A DNA stretch of 64,000 nt from Mytilus trossulus (taxonomy: Eukaryota): contig NC_086373.1 in NCBI RefSeq assembly GCF_036588685.1, forward strand, positions 36,332,001-36,396,000, in the 5' to 3' direction. Within the stretch, counting starts at the first letter, position 1; each line of letters begins with the position of its first letter. A program made the position numbers and the translations under genes. Positions 12,033 through 25,600 of the stretch are shown piece after piece. The notes beneath the pieces were generated by a model. It ran no database searches. It was not told the DNA's origin and saw only the letters and a list, made by a program, of their open reading frames with translations.

Positions 12033-14793
12033 TTCAATCTAAATTTTCTTATCTTAAGTGAATTGGGATAAAAAGACTTTCAGTTGTTCTCTGAATAATT
12101 GGTTTCCAACAGTAAATCAGTGCTCGTCTAATTTTTTGAAAAACCTTTACAGACACAATTCAAAACTTAAAATTTATTAACACACCAAGGACGTATAACA
12201 GGAAGTTAACTGCTAGAAAAGTTAAGTATTTAAAAAGTGAAGAATTTTTGTGGGGATGGGTAAATCATACTAAAGACTCACTGATAATTGTTTTAAATTC
12301 TTTAAACGTGATTTCCCAGATGCTGACTGTTTGCCTTATTATATTCCTATCGAACGGAAAACCAATACATTATACGCATTAGTGAGTTAGATATTTAGTA
12401 ATCCCATTTGATATTGAAATAAATGCATATATTTGTAAATTTCTATATGAAATATTATCAATATTTGTACATGTGTACGAACGTAAAAGAAGTTAATTCA
12501 TTCTCGACAATAATATTTCCTTGAACGAATGTTTGACGTATTTAAAACATATTTCTAATTATACAGAGTTTCTTAATTCATTGAGAATATATAAAAAAAA
12601 AAAAGGTTTTTGTTTATTGCAAACAAAACCAAGTGACTCAGACATTTATGAATACATTAATCATAACTGCTTATTTCTTCATTGAAAATGTGAACCGGTA
12701 TTGTCTTTTTGTATTTCTGTCTTTTTGATCTTGCTGTCGTCTGTATGTTGTATTGCTCCTTGATATCATCTTAGTTTTTACAGCAAGAAATTGATATTAA
12801 GTAGGAAAAATTTGATTTGAAAACGGACAACCTTAGAAAGATCCTCCATTTTGCCAAGAAATAAGAAATAGCTGCAATAAATTTGTTTGAAGAGATTTTG
12901 TGGATTCAACTCCACGAGGAACGCTCAAACCAAAAAATAGAAAGTAAAAAAAAACCAAAAAAAACCCACTGTACTTGTGTTAAGGGGGCACTTTTAGAAT
13001 CCTGGAGTTTGAACGGGAAATAGTTGTATGTATCACTCAAAGTTGTATCAAAGGACTCTCAATTTAAATTTGAATTGAAATACATGTGAATTCTCCATTT
13101 GAACTGGCATGTTTAATTATTTCATTAGGCACTTAACATTCATTAGTAAACCGATTTTAAACTAAACGGCTATTTTGATTTGAACATCTCTTAAAAGGCT
13201 GAACAAAAAAATATTAAGCCATGTCAAATCTTTCTCTTAATTTTCATACTAAACATCTTTGGTAAATGCGGTACAGTCATTTCTATTGCAGTCCATTTAT
13301 AACTGTTTTTAAAGAAATCAAAATATTTATATTTTAAACATTATATTTAATGATTAGCTATTAACACATTTTATCATGTTTTTCACAGTAAATGAAAAAA
13401 GTGACAATAAGCTGCACTTCGATTCCAGGCAAAAATACTTAAACGGTTTTTATTTAATTTATCAAATTTAGTTTTCTGCAACACGGCTGTAACCTTTCAT
13501 CAATGAATGTTTTGATCAGATACTCACATGTTCTTGAATGTCAATTTCATACTCGTTATGTTTATTATGACATTACAACATTTATATCTAATTAATAACA
13601 TTTTAGCTTAAACATGAGCTAAAAGCTTCAATAATCACACATATGAAATGCACGCTTTCTTACATAAGTAAAACTCACATATTACACAATAATATACAAA
13701 CATTAAGGCATTAAGACAAACCACCCTCTATTTCCAACATTTGGTTTCATGAAATATTAATTTCTTCTAGTTGGGTGTGGAGTATAAAACAAAATCCGTT
13801 GTCTTGATATTAAGTAGTTTATATCTTTCTTGATAACTTTGCAATACTTATAACCTAGAGAGAATAATAATGATCTATCATATCTACCCCTTAAAGTTAT
13901 AGTTTACTCATATGCATTTAAAAGAAGCATTGTTAAAATTGTCGATTAGACAACTCCTCACTGGAGACAGAATGACATAAAAGTGATCAACTATAGGTTA
14001 CCGTACGGTGTTCAAAAATTAGCATAACATATACTACATTGCACTATAAAAGCTCTCGAAATTTAAAATTGATATGCTCGTGTTTACTTCAATCAACACG
14101 AACTTAAATATATCAAGTTTTCATAATTTAAAATTCTGTTTATAGGTTAGATTACTTAACCATGATAAGTAGAACACTTCAAGATTCAAAAAATCATTAT
14201 TTAATAATTTAATCAAATATCTCAAAACAAGAAGTATATCCGAAAAACGATTCATTATATGATATATTATATTGTTTTCAAATATTTCACATTATAGAAA
14301 ACAATAATGAAAAAAAGAAAAAAAATAAAGTTTCGCATTTGTACCTCAGAAATGACGCAAATTTAAATTTTAGACGAATTGTAAAAGAAACAAAAGGTGT
14401 GGAGTGATTTCATCAATACATCATGCTTATTATCTTGGTGTTTTTAAGTGTGCTTTTACTTATAACGTAGGAGTGTGGACTTCGTTAATATTCTTGTTTA
14501 ATAATCTGTTAACAACAGTTAAAAAAGAAGAAAACACAAAAATACAGAGGAAAATTCTAAACGGAAATTCCATAAGCAGATGCAGAAATAAAAAGCCCAA
14601 ACACATCAAACGAATGGAGAACAACTGTCATATTGTTGACTTTGTGTTATATACAAATTCTTACATGGAGATACTGGGGTTACATATGGTTTTACAGCTA
14701 CCTAAATTACTTGCTTGCTAGTCTCAGAGATCTGCTAACAAATAAACGGTTTTATTTTTAATTTCTTACCCCGTTTTATTTGTAATTTCTTAC

Positions 14794-15192
14794 CCCACTT
14801 CTATAAGCCTGGCTCCATGCATTACGAAGTCGTTGTCTTTCTCCTTTGGTCAACATTCTGATCTCTTTACGATATGTGCGTCCTGCTTGTCGCTTCTTTC
14901 GTTTGCCTGATATTTTAGGACAAAGCAGTTTACCTACGAAGTCTGAAATGTCTGACATTGTTGCGTTGTCATGAGGATGGCCACAGTCTCGTAAATTTGG
15001 TCCACTCATCCACATGTATCTTGTTACACATGTATTACATACAGCTTCACTTGTGGATTTAGTAACATCATTATATTTAGTTTTCATGATTATGCATTCT
15101 TTAAGATGTTGCGGTAGTTCTATTTCTTCTATCAAGCATGTTCCTATACTGATGTAAGACAGTATAAACAAGCATGCGAGGGCACACTGCAT
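14794..15192 (-). CDS. TyrA coding exon 1 (signal peptide, Cys-rich prodomain, furin site KRKKR, start of tyrosinase domain)
   Basis: ORF MQCALACLFILSYISIGTC|LIEE...KRKKR|QAGRTYRKEIRMLT...AYRSG, then donor GGG|gtaaga (phase 0). RKEIRMLT matches the usual start of the tyrosinase domain. Homologous to three other exon 1 copies in the window. Confidence 0.92.
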
Positions 15193-15200
15193 TTTGAGAC

Positions 15201-15346
15201 CTGAAAGGAAATGTAAATTTATGAATTTAAGCCATGATTTATATAAATCAAATATGAATTCTTGTGTTTAGGAGCAAAATATGTTATTACCTTCGCTGGT
15301 CAACCTGTGTTTGTAAAAGCACTTAACTATAATCATGTTTTTATAT
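15201..15346 (-). promoter_or_regulatory. Putative TyrA 5'-UTR intron (15201-15290), short non-coding first exon and TATA box (~15338-15345)
   Basis: Acceptor tttcctttcag lies 8 nt before the ATG, donor aag|gtaata at 15290, TATAAAAA just upstream. All four paralogues have a cag acceptor 8 nt before the ATG (44361, 54831, 63575). Confidence 0.55.
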
Positions 15347-16810
15347 TAAAGATTCGTAAAATCCCTACTTAAACATTTTTTTCTCATTTAACTGAGTAAC
15401 AGTTTGATCCTTCACCAGATTTTACGGTGAATTGTTCCCTAATGTGCGGCATAATATGTTTTCTCCTCGTATTATAGATGGATAGATTCACAACAAAAAC
15501 TGCAAAAATACCTACAGAAATACATGCATTATATGCATTATTAAATCAGCTGTTTTCACCATTATGAGATCTATTGTGACTTTAGAATGTACGTATTCTT
15601 AATTGTTTAATAAGTGTACTTTATAGAAAAAATATTTACAATGGTAAATCATTATAGCTGAATGCAAGTATAGTTTGGTTAACAAATATAAGATGACGAG
15701 TAAAGAAAACATGTTACGACTTTAAAAATACGCAATGATGCTTTCAATATTGCCGTTCAATCATTATTTGAATCAGGGTATAAAGTAAAATAGGGAAGAC
15801 GCAAATTTAGAATCAGATTTTGAAAGAGATTATACACTACTTCCGAGTATAACATCCTTTATAAGTCGAAAGCTTATTTTTACTTTTTTTAAAAACCAAC
15901 TAGCAAATCTGTTCCATATGTCATTCATGTACTGATCTATGTCTTCGTTTCCTTGTATCAACATATTTCAAGCATTTAGGGGGCCATTAGCTGCCATATT
16001 CAATGTTACAAAATTAGATCAAAACCTTGAATTTGATTTATCCCATTAGAGAGAAAATACCAGAATTACAAAATTACCATAGGAAACAATAGACAATACG
16101 TGAAATCTAAATAAAGTCTTAAGAAATTTCATGCGCATATAAGTAATAAATTCAAACTATCATGATCGCATTCAGAGTTTGACGATGGTCATAATACCTG
16201 ATACTAAAATAAATATAAATAACAGACAAGTAAGTGTTTCTCGTTTCTCGATTTTTTTTTTTTAAAAAACGTTGGTTTTCCTGTTTGAAGGGTTGCATTT
16301 TAATTTTAATTTCGGGGCCCTTTAAAGCTTGCTGTTCGATGTGAGCTAAAGCTTCGCGTTGAAGGACTTTCATGGTTTACTTTTACAAATTGTGACTGGG
16401 ATGTGGAGTTGTCTCATTGGTACTTATACCACATCTTACCATTTCTAAGACTTCTAAGTAGGTGAAAATAGTATAATGGCGATTTCTGTCAGACCTGTTT
16501 AGTTGGATTTCTTATCAGTAAATTGACAAAGTATGTTATTCATGGTTTACCTGTAGATGAACAATTTATGTGGACTAAATTCTTAAATTAATTGCTTCCG
16601 CTTGGTGATTTCCCTGTCCCAGTTATCATGCTGAATATATGCACTAATGACTTTTTTTTTTATTTTTTATTTATTTTTTCAATAGTCAGGATTTAACATC
16701 ACCCTTACAACACCACCTGACAGAGATGTTACAGGGTTTCAAATATTTAACAACAAAGGACTATTGTTTTATCAAGATTTACACAATCTAAAATATAATT
16801 TTTTGAAAAT

Positions 16811-16897
16811 CTCTTTTTTTTCTCTCTTTATTTCACTCTCCCGCTCTATCTCTCTCTCTCTCTCTCTCGCTCTCTTTCTCTCTTTTTCTCTTTTTTC
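16811..16897. repeat. Imperfect (CT)n microsatellite / polypyrimidine tract
   Basis: ctctatctctctctctctctctctcgctctctttctctc. Confidence 0.85.
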
Positions 16898-17170
16898 ACA
16901 ATTTCTTCATATAGAAATATCTATAGATTATATAATAGAAAAAAAGGTTTACATGTGCTATGCATATATTACATGTTGTTTGCTCTGTTCCATAAATAGA
17001 TGAAAAAGATATATATTGATATAAATTTTGATGTTTAAGATTACCATTCAGGATAAATAATAAGCATAGGGACCCAAAGTTTTTCAAGTTCAAAAACTTT
17101 GTTGTATATTCTTGCTATATATAACTCTAAGTTATGATAGTTATCAAAAGTACCAGGATTATAATTTTAT

Positions 17171-17214
17171 ACGCCAGACGCGCGTTTCGTCTACATAAGA
17201 CTCATCAGTGACGC
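17171..17214 (-). ncRNA. Minimal type-I hammerhead ribozyme (family B), intact
   Basis: GCGUCA CUGAUGA GUCU-UAUGU-AGAC GAAA CGCGCG UC^UGGCGU. Confidence 0.9.
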
Positions 17215-17586
17215 TCAGATCAAAATAGTTAAAAAGCCAAATAAATACAAAGTTGAAGAGCATTGAGGATCTAAAATTCCATTCAAAAAACAAAAGTTTG
17301 TAAAGAAAAAAATCTTGCACCTCAAAATTTTTTCAATATCAACTTAACAATATTTTGCCAGTCCCTATTCAAATTTTAAAAAAATCGCCTCACAAGACTC
17401 ATCAGTGACGCTCAGATCAAAATAGTTAAAAAGCCAAATAAATACAAAGTTGAAGAGCATTGAGGATCCAAAATTCCAAAAAACAAAAGTTTGTAAAGAA
17501 AAAAATCTTGCACCTCAAAATTTTTTCAATATCAACTTAACAATATTTTGCCAGTCCCTATTCAAATTTTTAAAAAATCGCCTCAC
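17197..17586. repeat. Tandem duplication (~197/193 bp)
   Basis: 17197-17393 is repeated at 17394-17586, nearly identical. Confidence 0.92.
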
Positions 17587-18115
17587 TCAACCGACTTTAA
17601 GATAAGAGTTGAAAGATTGTAAATGTACCATTTTCAAATCTCCCTTCTTTTTTATCTGCAATCAGTGTTTCACGTTTGATTTTTTCCATCCCATATAAAA
17701 TTAAAGAATAATCTGTTGATTCAACATGGATTGACATATATTAGGTAAAGACGTAAGCAAATGAATCAATTTTGGAAGTGCAAGAGTCTTAATAACAGTA
17801 ACCTTGCCAAATAGGGTTAGCTTCCTATGCTGCCAACTTTTCAACAATTTTGAAATATCAATGATTTTTATCTGGGTATACACTCTTGAAATAAAGAGGA
17901 ATTCAATCCTAAAACCTTAAAGTTTGAACAGGACCAGATCAGATTTTTTTCAGGACACAAAACCAAGTCAGAATATCTCTTACTTCCAATCCAAACAACT
18001 TTTGTTTTGTTGTATTTATCTTTAATCCTGAGACTTTGTGAAATTTTTCAAAACAAGAAAGGGTCTCTTTTAATGAATCTGCACTTCCATCCAGTGAAAG
18101 AAACGTATCATCTGC
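17284..18115 (-). mobile_element. L1/Tx1-type LINE ORF2 remnant (RT C-terminal half, frameshifted)
   Basis: ADDTFLSLDGS...FHKVSGLKINTTK; SWQHRKLTLFGKVTVIKTLALPKLIHLL; FIWDGK..KRETLIADKKEG-like segment. Confidence 0.85.
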
Positions 18116-18197
18116 ATGTCTGCATTGTTGCGTTGTCATGAGGATGACCACAGTCTCGTAAATTGGGTCCATTCATTCACATGTATCTTGTTACACA
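18116..18197 (-). pseudogene. 82-bp fragment of TyrA exon 1
   Basis: Matches 14948-15030 with 4 substitutions and 1 deletion (~94%). Confidence 0.92.
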
Positions 18198-19439
18198 AGA
18201 TGACTAAAGATAAAATCAGAACGCAAATGGAAAAGTCCTTAAGAGTGAAAAATATAAGATGCAAGTTGGGCGACTCCTCTTCTTTGGCTTTGATGGGCGG
18301 TATGTATATCATACAACACACAAAACCGTCATAACCTACAGAGCTGTTTTGATGAAAGAAAAGTATTACATGAACAGGTTCCTGGTGTGTTGTGTTTTCC
18401 AGGACATCGTATGGACCCAACCACAACAGGTAAAATATGGCAAAGAAAAGTCCAATATAGATATATTTTAGAAACAAATATATGTTAACGAAGTACTATC
18501 ATTTACTTTTTTGTCAATTTGAAATTTTATTTCTGTCTACCTTTATAAAGTTTAGTCATGAGTATGACAAATAGGAAATTTTTGTTAAGTGATGATGCCT
18601 TTTGCTATTTATATTGATTATTTAAAAAATATCTTAGCAAACAACTTTCACAATTATTTTACATATCTTGTCTTAAATTTACTTTAATTATAACACGGAA
18701 AACGTAAAATTTTCTTCTATTTGAGAAGGAGAAATTATATAGATGAAATTTCATAGTTTATATTTCACCAGTATCAGGATTTAATATTTCAATTTTCTTA
18801 GCTTACAGTTGAAAAAAGTTAATAATGTAGATAATATTTCAAAAATGTACAAAAGAATGATGTCAATTGTTTCTGTCATTAATAGAGTACAAACATATAA
18901 TCCGAGATACACATATATACAAAAAGATATCAATACATTCAGTTACACAATCATTCATACTTATTACCTTCTGTCATAGATCATAATTATTCGTTTTGAT
19001 CCATCTGACATAATTTGTTACGGATTCTGTCTTGCTCACAGCTGTGACAACTGAGTATGTGATGCATTCGCATTGTGACGCATGCATATCAGGTCTTATT
19101 TAAATTTGGACTTTCTGGAATTGTTACATTTTGCTTATCTTTGCGGAGCACATTAGATCGACAATGGTTTCTAGCGGGTTTCGTGTTGCTAAGTCTTTAG
19201 TTTTTTATGTTATGTTTCGTGGACTGTTGGGGGTCTTTTCGTTGTTTTTTCAATAGTTTTATCATCGCCTTAAACGTTTCATTTGTAACTTATATGTTGA
19301 CAAACGAAATTTGTATGAATACATATTGATAGTTTTAGATTTGCAATGTATTTCAAGGTAAATGCACGAATGTAATTTACCGAATTATACTAATACTACC
19401 AGCATCAGTAATAGGACGGGTGACACATGCCACAGTAAC

Positions 19440-19835
19440 TGCTGACCCTTCCGGAGCACCTGCGATCAACTCTAGTTTTTGGTGGGGTTCGTGTTGTTTA
19501 TTCTTTAGTTGTCTATGTTGTGTCTTTTGTACTATTATTTGCTTGTTCGTCTTTTTATTATTTAGCCATGTCGTTGTCAGTTTGTCTTCGATCTATGAGT
19601 TTGACTGTCCCTCTTGTATCTTTCGCCCCTTTTTTGATGTATGCGAAGTGTAAAAGGCCTGAGATCACCCCTAGTTTTTGGTCAGGTTCGTGTTGTTTAT
19701 TCTTTAGTTTTCTATGTAGTGTCATGTGAACTATTGTTTGTCTGTTTATCCTTTTCATTTTAAGCAATGGCGTTGTTAGTTTATTTTCGATTTATGAGTT
19801 TAACTGTCCCTCTGGTATCTTTCGTCCCTCTCTTA
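19440..19835 (+). mobile_element. Two tandem 3'-end copies of the Penelope-like element
   Basis: 19440-19635 and 19658-19835 each match the reverse complement of 8756-8960. Confidence 0.8.
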
Positions 19836-21499
19836 AAAATCATTTAAAGATAGAATTATAGTATGTAAATTGATATTTCACTCGTAGAGTCGACGACAAA
19901 ATAATTTAAAGGTCTTCACAAATATGTATTTTTCACGACAAATATTTTCCTTGTCATGTTGTACAGATTGGTGTCAATTTAGTACTGTCTTCCATGTCAT
20001 TATCTTAAACATGTTTTTTGAAAGAACTTACCATTCATAATACAAATAAAAATCAAACTGATCTGAATGAATAATAACAGTTTTATTTTTATTCGCCAAA
20101 CTTACTTGATGAACCTATAATACTTGAAAGTACTACATAGAATTGCATATTTTTGCAATAATTCTAAGAAGTGACTTAATTTAAACTACAGGTTTTCAGC
20201 CAAATAATTTTCTATATCCGCTTAGGGCTCATTTGTATTGTGTTTCCTTTGGTGTGTTGACGACTTCTAGCTCATTATGCATTCAACACTAGTCTTTAAT
20301 CGATTGCTTTTGATCTTTTTCTTCACATCCAATACATAAAAGTCTATTTCCAATTCCTAATCTAGACGTATAGCAAAAAAGTAAGCCACGGAAAATATCC
20401 ATGATCTAGAAGTAATTTTTTTAATACTTACATAAAAAATCCTAAAAACGATAATGAGTTAAATCTTGTGTAAAACAGGAAACATTAGAAAAAATATGCC
20501 TCCCTCATTATTACCTTATTATGGTTCAACTTATTGCAAAAACAACACTAATACATTTTTTCATTGCTATTCCTGTTGGTTTGTGTAGGAAGATTACGGT
20601 ATTGCAGTTGAAATAAGTCTTGTAAAGGATGTTGAAATTTTAAACAAAGTAGGTGACGGCATATTATTATCCTTAGTCATGAAAGGAAATTATTTATTAT
20701 CATCATAATTCTAGGAAAACAACAATCAATCAACCACTCAGTTCTATTACATCGCCTTTTAGAATTTGCTAATTTATCTTTATCCACAGCTCTATAGATT
20801 TGCATAAAATTGAGAATTGAAATAGGAATTACGTCAAAGAGATTACAACCCGATCAAAGAGCATTCAACCGAAGACTACTGTGCATTTAAACTAAAGCAG
20901 GTTCCTAAATTACAAAAATATGCAGTTCAAGGATGGCCTTTCGATGGATTGTGAACCGTCTAATATTGTATAGGACACGGGTATTTGTGAACAGAGGTAT
21001 ACTACAGTTGTTTGATTAATCTTATACAGTTGACCCGTGTGTATCATTTAATCGATGGGTAAACGAAAGCAGGGATAATAAAATAAAATCCACAACTTTT
21101 AAGCACTTTCACGAACTCATTGTGTAGTAAACTGTTAACATACATAATTGAAAGAATGAAATATTTTTTCAACAAACTGGGAGTGATTTTATACAAATAA
21201 ACCCGTTTGTTGGAAAAAAGCCAAATAAGTTTAATAAAAAAAAGTTAAATAACAAAAATACCATACTCCAACTATTCAAAACGGTAAGTCAATAATAAAA
21301 TGACAAAACCAAAAGATTAAGCACATCAAACTTATTGATAACCAGAAATATTCCTGACTTGGTAGAAAATAGTGGATGAAATCTGATTTTATAGCTAGCT
21401 CAACATTTCACTTGTATGACAGTCGCATACAATGGAATTATATTGATAAACGTACAAAAAAACGTGGAAAAAACCCAGACATAATAGTTAAAAATGTCA

Positions 21500-21582
21500 A
21501 ATAGTTATCAAAGATACTAGGCTTATAATTTTAATACGCCCGATACGCGTTTCATCTACATTAAACTCATTAGTGACGCTCA
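21500..21582 (-). mobile_element. Degenerate family-B retrozyme fragment
   Basis: tacgcccgatacgcgtttcatctacattaaactcattagtgacgctc. Confidence 0.65.
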
Positions 21583-22584
21583 AAAATAGGGTCACAGCAA
21601 TCAACATTTCTGTTATAATATTTTTCGAAAAAGCATTCGACTGCATATATTGTCCATGAACTTGTTTGAATGTACTTATCATTAGGTTAAACATATTGCG
21701 TACTACATAGATTTTTGATAGACAGTTTGATATTATTTCGAGAACTGGACTATGGTTTGAATTACTGGAAAGCCAGACATAGGGAGTAGCATTTCCATGT
21801 TATATCAGACTTGTGTGTTCAATAAAAGATAACGAGATCAGAATTAATGCCAGCATGACACGAATAAGTGAGGGTAAAAATCGGTTCCCCTTTCTGTTTT
21901 TGGTATTCCCAATGACAAAGAAGACTACCTGAGAAATCTGAATAATTATCTTTTAGAATGTTTTTAAAAAATATACTGACATATTTCTAAAAATGTTTTT
22001 TGGTGTTGTATTTAGATGACTCTAGGGTTCGTGTTGCTTATTCTTTAGTTTTTTATGTTGTGTCATGTGTATTATTGTGTTTCTGTTTGTCTTTTTCGTT
22101 TTAAGCCATGGTGTTGTCAGTTTATTTTCGATTTATTAACTTAACTGTCGCTCTGGTATCTTTTGTCCCTCTTTTACTTTTAGAGAAGTTTGCAAATTGA
22201 TTTTTTTTTTTTATTTTTTTTTTCGAATTTAAATAACTTAACATCTTAATAAACGGAGATACGGTATGATTTTCAATGACACAACACTTAAGTTCAAATA
22301 AAGTTAACAATATGAAAAAACAAGAAACAATTAAATCGAGAAAAACTGACTTGTCACGACACAATACAGGAACAAACATAAAACACAAAACACGTTTGCT
22401 GATGCAAGTCTCACACACCAAAACATGAACGGTGGTGTAACAGTACAACAGAACAACAAACTTTAAAATCATCCAGAAAGCTTAAGACATCAGATTGATA
22501 CACAGCAAAAAGACATCTCTCATAACAAAAAAGACCCTAAGTAAATAAACTTATCATATATACCAGGATTGAAATTTTACATTT

Positions 22585-22628
22585 AAGCCAGACGCGCGTT
22601 TCGTCTACAGAAGACTCATCAGTGACGT
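22585..22628 (-). ncRNA. Type-I hammerhead ribozyme (family B), core intact, stem I shortened
   Basis: ACGUCA CUGAUGA GUCU-UCUGU-AGAC GAAA CGCGCG UC^UGGCUU. Confidence 0.8.
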
Positions 22629-25600
22629 TCGAATAAAAAAATGTTAAAAGGCCAAATAAAGTACGAAGTTGGAGAGCATTGAGTAAAGATCTGAGAGTTC
22701 ATGCAGTTACTGAAATCTTGTCCAAAGCCAATAACAACTAATGGTAAAATAAGGTATCTTAGACTAAAACGCCAATCAGTACACATCCAACATTCAATTG
22801 ATTTGGTGTATAAACGACATTAACATTCAGATAAAAAAAAAAACATGACCTTGTACAATGGCAAATTATATGGACGGATTGTGGAAACGTAAATGTGCAT
22901 AAATGTAGTATTTAGTATAATGATATCAAAATCAATATGTATACCATTGTCTGTTTTTATGTATTTTTAAGTTCAATGTGCACAGGGAAGATTTTTGTTA
23001 ATTCATATTTGTCTCTTTTGATTTAAGTTCGTAAATCAGGATGAGGTTATCGTTGCAATTATCACTAAAACCAATCGTTCGATTTTCTTTTTCGTCGAGG
23101 CCGGCATTTTTATTATTTTTTCATTTTCGGTATTCTCTCGCAACCAACAAATGTGTCGTATATATACATCTTTAACATTTTTAAGATTTTTAGAGTATGT
23201 TATCGTGTATACGGTTCCGATATTGCTCATAATGTGGTCATTTGTTCAAATTATAATATGACATTGCATTTGCAACAATCATGTTAAGCACTTTTCATGT
23301 ATTAACAAAGATTGGGTTTTTTTCATTACCAACATATTTACAGTTGTAATTGTGTAATTATTTTGTAGATCATGTTTTATTATATGGATCAAATATATGG
23401 TGCTTAGAAAACATGAATGATATAAATATGTATCTTCTATCTTACAAGAGAATTTTAAACAAATGTACGAGATTCGGTACTCAACCTTTTTAAAAAATGC
23501 ATAATAAGGAGGTTTCCTGGATTTTCTATCTTAAAGATCCCTGTTGGTCATTCGACTCTGACTTCAATTGTTTCTGTTTGCAAACGTCCTTGGCTTTCAA
23601 ATATTTTAGCTATTTGCGTTCATAATGAAGGTTAATCTACAAAAGCGTTTCGGAGGCATGACATTGATAATGTGTTGTTTATGTGTTTTCCGCTTCACAC
23701 TCCATTAAAGTGGAATTGAAATGTGATAAATTTGGAATATGATGGATAGAAAAAAGTCAGCAGTTCAATATGCACATTGACAGTATTTGTAAATTCTACT
23801 TGAAACAACTAATAACAGGTTTTGTAAAGAAGATGGTTTATTTCTTTTTACTTTTTTTAACATTTATTCACTTCGTTTCCTTTCATAACTTGTTGTCTTT
23901 CATACATTATGGGTTTTGTTCATTTTTGAAACTCGTAACATTACCTGTAGTTGTTCAAATCCCTATCCTCTTCTCTTTGTTGGGAAGTTGTTTAATTATC
24001 AATCATACTACATCTCATTAGTTTTACAATTGAAAACAAAATTGATTAGCGACGAACTATCAAACTTGTAAGTTCAAACTAATGCTTATTGTTTATTGGA
24101 ACAATGATACTCAATGAGATTCAAATGAGCCATAATAGCACTATCTATTAAATGTTTTAAATATGGGAATATGTACCGAATCTATCGGTGCACCCATCAT
24201 CTTTTCTTTTTGTGATTCCTTTCTTTTTTTTTTTAAATTAATTGTACCTTTGTTATAGATTTAAGAAATTTTAACTATCATTAAACTACTTTTGTCTCTA
24301 ATCAATCTAAGTTTTATTTTTATTGAGTTTTACTTGAAAGCACAGAACCAATTATTGAAAGAGAGCTGACTATATTTAGATAAATCCAGTGAAATAGCTC
24401 AGATACAGAATTAGAATGAGAATGGAAGTGGGGAATGTGTCAAAGAGACAATAACCTGGCGAAAGAACAGTAAACAAACAAAGGCCACCATTGGGTCACC
24501 AACACAGCGAGCAATTCTGCTCAATTCCTGACTCCAGCTGGTCCCTAAACAAAAAAGAATACTTATTCAATGAAAATGGACGTCACACTTAACACAAAAA
24601 CATATAAATGAACTAAAATTTAAAAAAAACCATATAAGAATAACAAAGGCCAGATGTTTCTGACTTGAGACAAGCGCAAAACTGCGGCAGGGTTAAACAT
24701 GTTTTGAAATATCTCAACACTCTTCCTCTCTAGGAAGACATCTAACATTGAAATTTGCAGAGTATTGGAAACTTTGATGGAGTGATAATTCCATTAATCT
24801 ATTTGTTAACTGCATATGCTACAAAACTGTTTATGAAAACGTAAATCAGCTGTAAAGTTAACATAAAATACTTTAATCAAAATACACATTTGCGTTAAGA
24901 TTTCCGTGGATAATGCAGATAATTAGATTTTAAAACTGGGATTATTTTAAATTTGTTTTTCTTAAATTGTTTTGTATCTTTTGGGAATATTGTTGATTAC
25001 ACAAGAACCTTTTCAAGCGGTTCTTTGTGGGAAGATTGCATAATAATTAACAATTGGCTATTGTTTAGAATTATGTATGAACTTAGAAAGTATTTGCAAA
25101 ACAGAGTACTTAAAAGTACTTAGATAAAACATCTAATAATGTATTTTTCGTTTTTAACATACGATTGATTTTTTTGGCGGTTTTAAACAAAAAAAAGTCC
25201 CTTTTAAGGAACTCAATGTTCTATGACAATATTAACTATACTTTAAATAATATACTAGTATTTGTTTGTGATGAACTAAATGGATCGTTAAATATCCCGT
25301 TATTTCTAACGACTAAGGAGAGATTATCAAATAATCTGGAAGACATAAAATTCCGATTCAATGCATGTTTTGTTAAAATATTGTATTTATCATTATTTTA
25401 AATCTTCTACTAGCATTACATTTTTTTATAGTTTTCATTTTAGTACGCCAAAGCCTGGATTAAAATAAATGTTTCCAGAATTTAAATTCCGATGGTTGGT
25501 TGCAATTCATTGGAGATTCAAAATTTGGTTCCTCCTCACAAAACAATTTACTGCGCTCAAAACGTTAGTAACTTTAAGAAAACAGATTATGTGATTGATG

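Noticed and set aside
18200-18435. Exon-like, less AT-rich plus-strand stretch ending in ag|gtaaaa
   Set aside because: No frame gives a recognisable protein; BLASTX would be needed.
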